From Scyliorhinus canicula (lineage: Eukaryota): a stretch of DNA of 64,000 nt. The stretch spans positions 141,030,737-141,094,736 of the forward strand of contig NC_052160.1 of the NCBI RefSeq assembly GCF_902713615.1, read 5' to 3'. The notes under the pieces were generated by a model, which searched no databases, was not told the origin of the DNA, and was given only the letters and a program-made list of their open reading frames with translations. Of this stretch, positions 59,860 to 64,000 are shown piece by piece. Each line of letters opens with the position of its first letter. Position 1 is the stretch's first letter. A program made the translations under genes and the position numbers.

Positions 59860-60065
59860 CCCTTCTTTGCCTTAATCACCCCATTTAGATTCCTTTTGTC
59901 TTCTGTCCTTGACATCTTTATCAATCTCCACCTAACACTGGCCCCGATCCAGCCCCACTGCTCCACACATCCCCCCCCCTCCCCTTCCCCCTACTGCAGT
60001 ATAAACCTGACCCTTTTTCCACTTCTCCCCAACTTTGATAAAGAGTCATCCAGACTCCATGTTCA
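59860..60065 (+). mobile_element. Degenerate PLE-like fragment with decayed hammerhead
   Basis: TTGATAAAGAGTCATCCAGACTC resembles a CTGANGA core followed by a GAGTC/GACTC stem. GAAA is missing. Confidence 0.4.
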
Positions 60066-60949
60066 AGGTAGGTTTGGCTATTTGAAATGCATTGGGTGAG
60101 ACTAACATGCTGGCATCAGCTTTGGCCTATTCATCATATGGAGAAGATTTGCTGGATGACTCTTTATAGATGCTCTAACCTGAGAGACAGCCCTGCAACC
60201 TCGAACGTTCTGTTTTCTAGGGTGGTCTTCTGAGAAGGTGGCCACTTGACAGAATCCTTAAAAAGTTATGTGGGAGGGAGGCAATAGATCATCAGTGTCG
60301 CATTGCTTACATACTATTCAAACCTTCCCTCACCCACGCACAGGATAAGTGGAAAATTTGCATCAAGTGCACACATTTGGAATCTCCAATTTTCTCTGCC
60401 CTCATTGTGCTGCTGTTCTAAATGTTCTGGAGGCTGGTGCACATAAAGCATGAAACAAAGCTTAAGTTTTCTAACAACTATTCAGAAAGTGGCTTCTATT
60501 TAAGAACATCCATATTTAATGTATGTTTGGAATAAAGGTTGCAAATTCAGAAACATATATGGTGTATATTGTGCCATGGCCATTTATTGCTAGTTTGCAC
60601 CTTACATCGGAGTTTTATTTCAACGCAAGATGTTCATACACATTTCATATTACCAATTAACAGCACATGAAGGAACACGCTGCAATGGGAAATTGTTAAA
60701 CTTTATGTTCCGGTTATTATTTAGGGATTATTGGATTGAGTCTTTAATTTTATAGCTGCAAGGCTTGTAAGGAAACATTATCTTTGAATGAAAAGGAACA
60801 GAATTTTTTCATGTTGGGATCTAGGCGAAATGCCAAGGTGTATAGTGCAAGATGCCACCAAGGTTGAAAAGAGTAGGAGGGCAGATCAAAAGAGTTGAGT
60901 TTGAAAAACTTGTAGGTTATAGAGAGAAGGATGGAAAACCTGAGGGGGT

Positions 60950-62300
60950 AACATTTGCTGCTCTTCCTGATCATCAACTTCCCTCCTACATTGACAGCCG
61001 CCCCTTCAACCTCTCACACTTGAGGCCTCATCACTTTACCATCTCTGAGGTTTCCATCACTGACAGGTTCACATCTGCTGAATCCCAACCCCCTCAACAT
61101 ACTTTCTCAAATTCCATTACTCACGCTCTCCAACCTGTAAAATGTTGCTTTTCATCAATACACTGTTCTACTCTCAACATCACCTGCTCTGGCTCACCAT
61201 TCACTCTGGCCTATCTAATATCTCCCTTGGCAATTTGGTGCCATCATGCCCACCAAGTGCCTTATTGTCTCCCAACTCCATCATTCCCCCCATAAAAGTT
61301 CTTACTTCCAGCTACTCAAGCCTGTGTGTTGTAGTCTCAAGTGCACCTGTAACATGACGGGCCTGGTTGAACACCGTCAGATCTAATGAAACAATCTTGT
61401 GTAATGCTACACCTTATTTCCTCAAGATCAGATCATCCTACCACTCCGGGACTTATTCTCAAGATTAAGAGAAAGTCCAGACTTCTTCTCCCAATGAAAA
61501 GCTTTCACTTCCGATGGATTTGCCTCATCGCTTCCACTCTCTCTTGCAGCATTGTGTGAGGATGTCATCAATTATTTTCCTCCTCAAGCTTGAGACGATT
61601 TTGTCAGTTGTCTCACATCTCTCCCTCTCCACCTCCGATTGCTCTGAGCTTTCCCAACCCTTACCGAGTTAACTTCTACAAAATCCATCTGCTGCTCCCC
61701 CGATCTCATCCAAATTCAACTCTGGGCTAAACAGTTTCCTTGCTTCCTATTCACAGGCAAGGCTACAAGTCATCACTCCTCCAACAAGTTCACCTTCACC
61801 TTTTATGTTTTTGACCTACTGCTCCAACTGTCTTTTTCTCAAAGGTTTTTCAATGCATTATTATTCATCTCATCCAGGATGAATTCCTGCAGCTGGCCGA
61901 GACTCTCCTTGTCAAAGTCACCAGTAATATCCTCTTGGACGGTGACATGCCATCCCTCTTTGTTCCCCTTACCCAACCCCCGTCATGCAACCTTTGTTGA
62001 CAGCGACCTCTCATCCTTGGCCCATCTCTGTGGATCTCCTCTTGTTTGGTTTCATTTCCCATTGGTCGCAATGTAACTCTCAATGGCTTCCATTCCCACT
62101 CTAACATGGTGATCACCAAAGTGTTCCTCCTTTCACTTGTTTACATGTTGCTCTTTGACAATATTATCCTTACAAAGAGGCTCAGATTTGTACCATGGTG
62201 GAGAACCTCTCTGCCATGGCAAAAATCAGCAGTGGCTGGAAATCGTAAGCCCTGCACCCGAACAAGGCATGTTCCATTTTCCTGGGATGGGAATGGGATC
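60950..62300 (+). mobile_element. Very old L2 LINE
   Basis: CT-rich sense strand. ETLLVKVTSNILLD near 61900 resembles the L2 ETALxKVTNDIL motif. Confidence 0.55.
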
Positions 62301-62489
62301 AGGCCAGGATTCACACATACACAGTTCACGGAGGCAACTGGTCATTTAAATCATTAGCTGCCGCCACTGAAGTGGGATTTTGTCAGGCCAGGAGTGTGGA
62401 ATCTGAAGTGAGTATATTAGACCAGGTAACAGGAGATCTGATATTGGTGAATTCATTTGGAGAGGTAAGGCACTCAATGCATTCTATGC

Positions 62490-64000
62490 TTGGTTCGAGC
62501 TGGAAACCATCACATCGCTGTCAACTGTCCCAGAAGCCTCGGACAACCCCGTACCTACCGTCACAGTCTCCGAAGTTAGATCGGCCTTCCTGAAAGTGAA
62601 CCCTCGGAAAGCAACAGGTCCTGACGGAGTCCCTGGTCGTGCACTCAAATCCTGCGCAGACCAACTGGCGGGTGTGTTCACGGACATTCTCAACCTCTGC
62701 CTACTCCGTTCCAAAGTTCCCAACTGCTTCAAGAAGACCACCATCATACCGGTGCTAAAGAAGAACCAGGCAATGTGCCTCAACAAATACCGTCCGGTGG
62801 CCTCAGAAATGAAATGCTTCGAGAGGTTGGTCATGAAACATATCAACTCCATACTACCAGAATGCCTTGATCCACTGCAATTCATATAGCGCCACTACAG
62901 GTCCACAGCAGGTGCCATCTCCCTGGCCCGACACTCATCCCTGGAGCATCTCGACAACAAGGACTCCTATGTCAGACCCCTATTTATTGATTACAGCTCT
63001 GCCATCAACACCATAACCCCAGGCAAGCTCATATCAAAATTCCAAAACCTAGGACTTGGCTCCTCCCTGGGTAACTGGATCCTCAACTTCCTGACCCAGA
63101 GACCACAATCTGTAAGGATAAACAACAACACCTCCTCCACGATAGTTCTCAATACACAGCCCTGCAAGGCTGTGTACTATACTATACTCCCCTACTATAC
63201 TCCCTGTACACACACGACTGTGTGGCAAAATTTGGCTCCAAGTTCAACTTCAAGTCTGCTGATGACACGACCATGGTGGGTCAGATCGCGAACAACGATG
63301 GGTCAAAGTACAGGAGGGAAATAGAGAACCTAGTGGTGTGGTGTAACAATAACAATCGCTCCCTCAATGTCAGCAAAGCTAAAGAGCTGGTCATTGGCTT
63401 CAGGTAGCAAAGTATCGTACACACCCCTATCTGCATTAAAGGGGCTGAGGTGGAGATGGTTGACAGCTTCAAATTTCTAGGTGGGCACATCACCAACAAT
63501 TTGGACTGGTCCACCGACATCGACGCTACAACCAAGAAAGCACAACAGCACCTCAGGGAACTGAAGAAATTCAGCATGTCCACATTGATTCTTACCTATT
63601 TTTACAGATGCACCATAGTAAGCATCCTATCTGGCTGCATCACAGCTTGGTACGGCAACTGCTCGCCCCAAGACCGTAAAACTACAGTCGTGAACACAGC
63701 CCAGTCCATCATGCGGACTAGCCTCCCATCCACTGTCTACACCTCCCGCTGTCTTGGGAACGCTGAGCAGCATAATCAAAGACCCCTCTCAACTGGGTTA
63801 CTCTCTCTTCTAACTTCTTCGGTCAGGTAGGAGATACAAAAGTCTGAGAATACGCACTAACACGTTCAAAAACAACTTCTTCCCCACTGTTACCAGATTC
63901 CTGAAAATCCCTCTTACGGACTGAACTGATCTCTACACACATCTTCTCTACTGAGTAGTACTGCACTCCATATGCTCACCCGGTGCCTGTGCTAATGTAT
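62490..64000 (+). mobile_element. Degenerate Rex1/Babar LINE
   Basis: NPRKATGPDGVPGRALKSCADQLAGVFTDILN. Homologous to 50385-51200, with stops and frameshifts. Confidence 0.9.

Overview
Vertebrate genomic DNA, most likely a shark (elasmobranch; inferred from HE1/V-type SINEs, DeuSINEs and CR1/HER1-like LINE tails). The window is intronic or intergenic and almost entirely transposon-derived. I found no host exon I can support. Main contents: (1) a near-complete minus-strand Ty3/Gypsy element (12284-17202) with no tRNA PBS; a 14-nt perfect complement of its own LTR, ending in the poly(A) hexamer, sits there instead (candidate self-priming); (2) a Mag-like Gypsy deletion derivative (34416-37802) whose deletion starts exactly at the end of a perfect 18-nt tRNA-Ser(GCU) copy; (3) many GC-rich, palindromic PIF/Harbinger-type MITEs, two with clean 3-bp TSDs; (4) Penelope-type fragments with minimal hammerhead ribozymes, one abutting a (CCCTAA)6 tract; (5) solo LTRs carrying CTCF-like motifs; (6) about 20 V-type SINEs with at least three alternative tails; (7) CR1, L2, L1 and Rex1/Babar LINE fragments. 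Family names come from recalled motifs, not database searches. Boundaries of degenerate elements are approximate.
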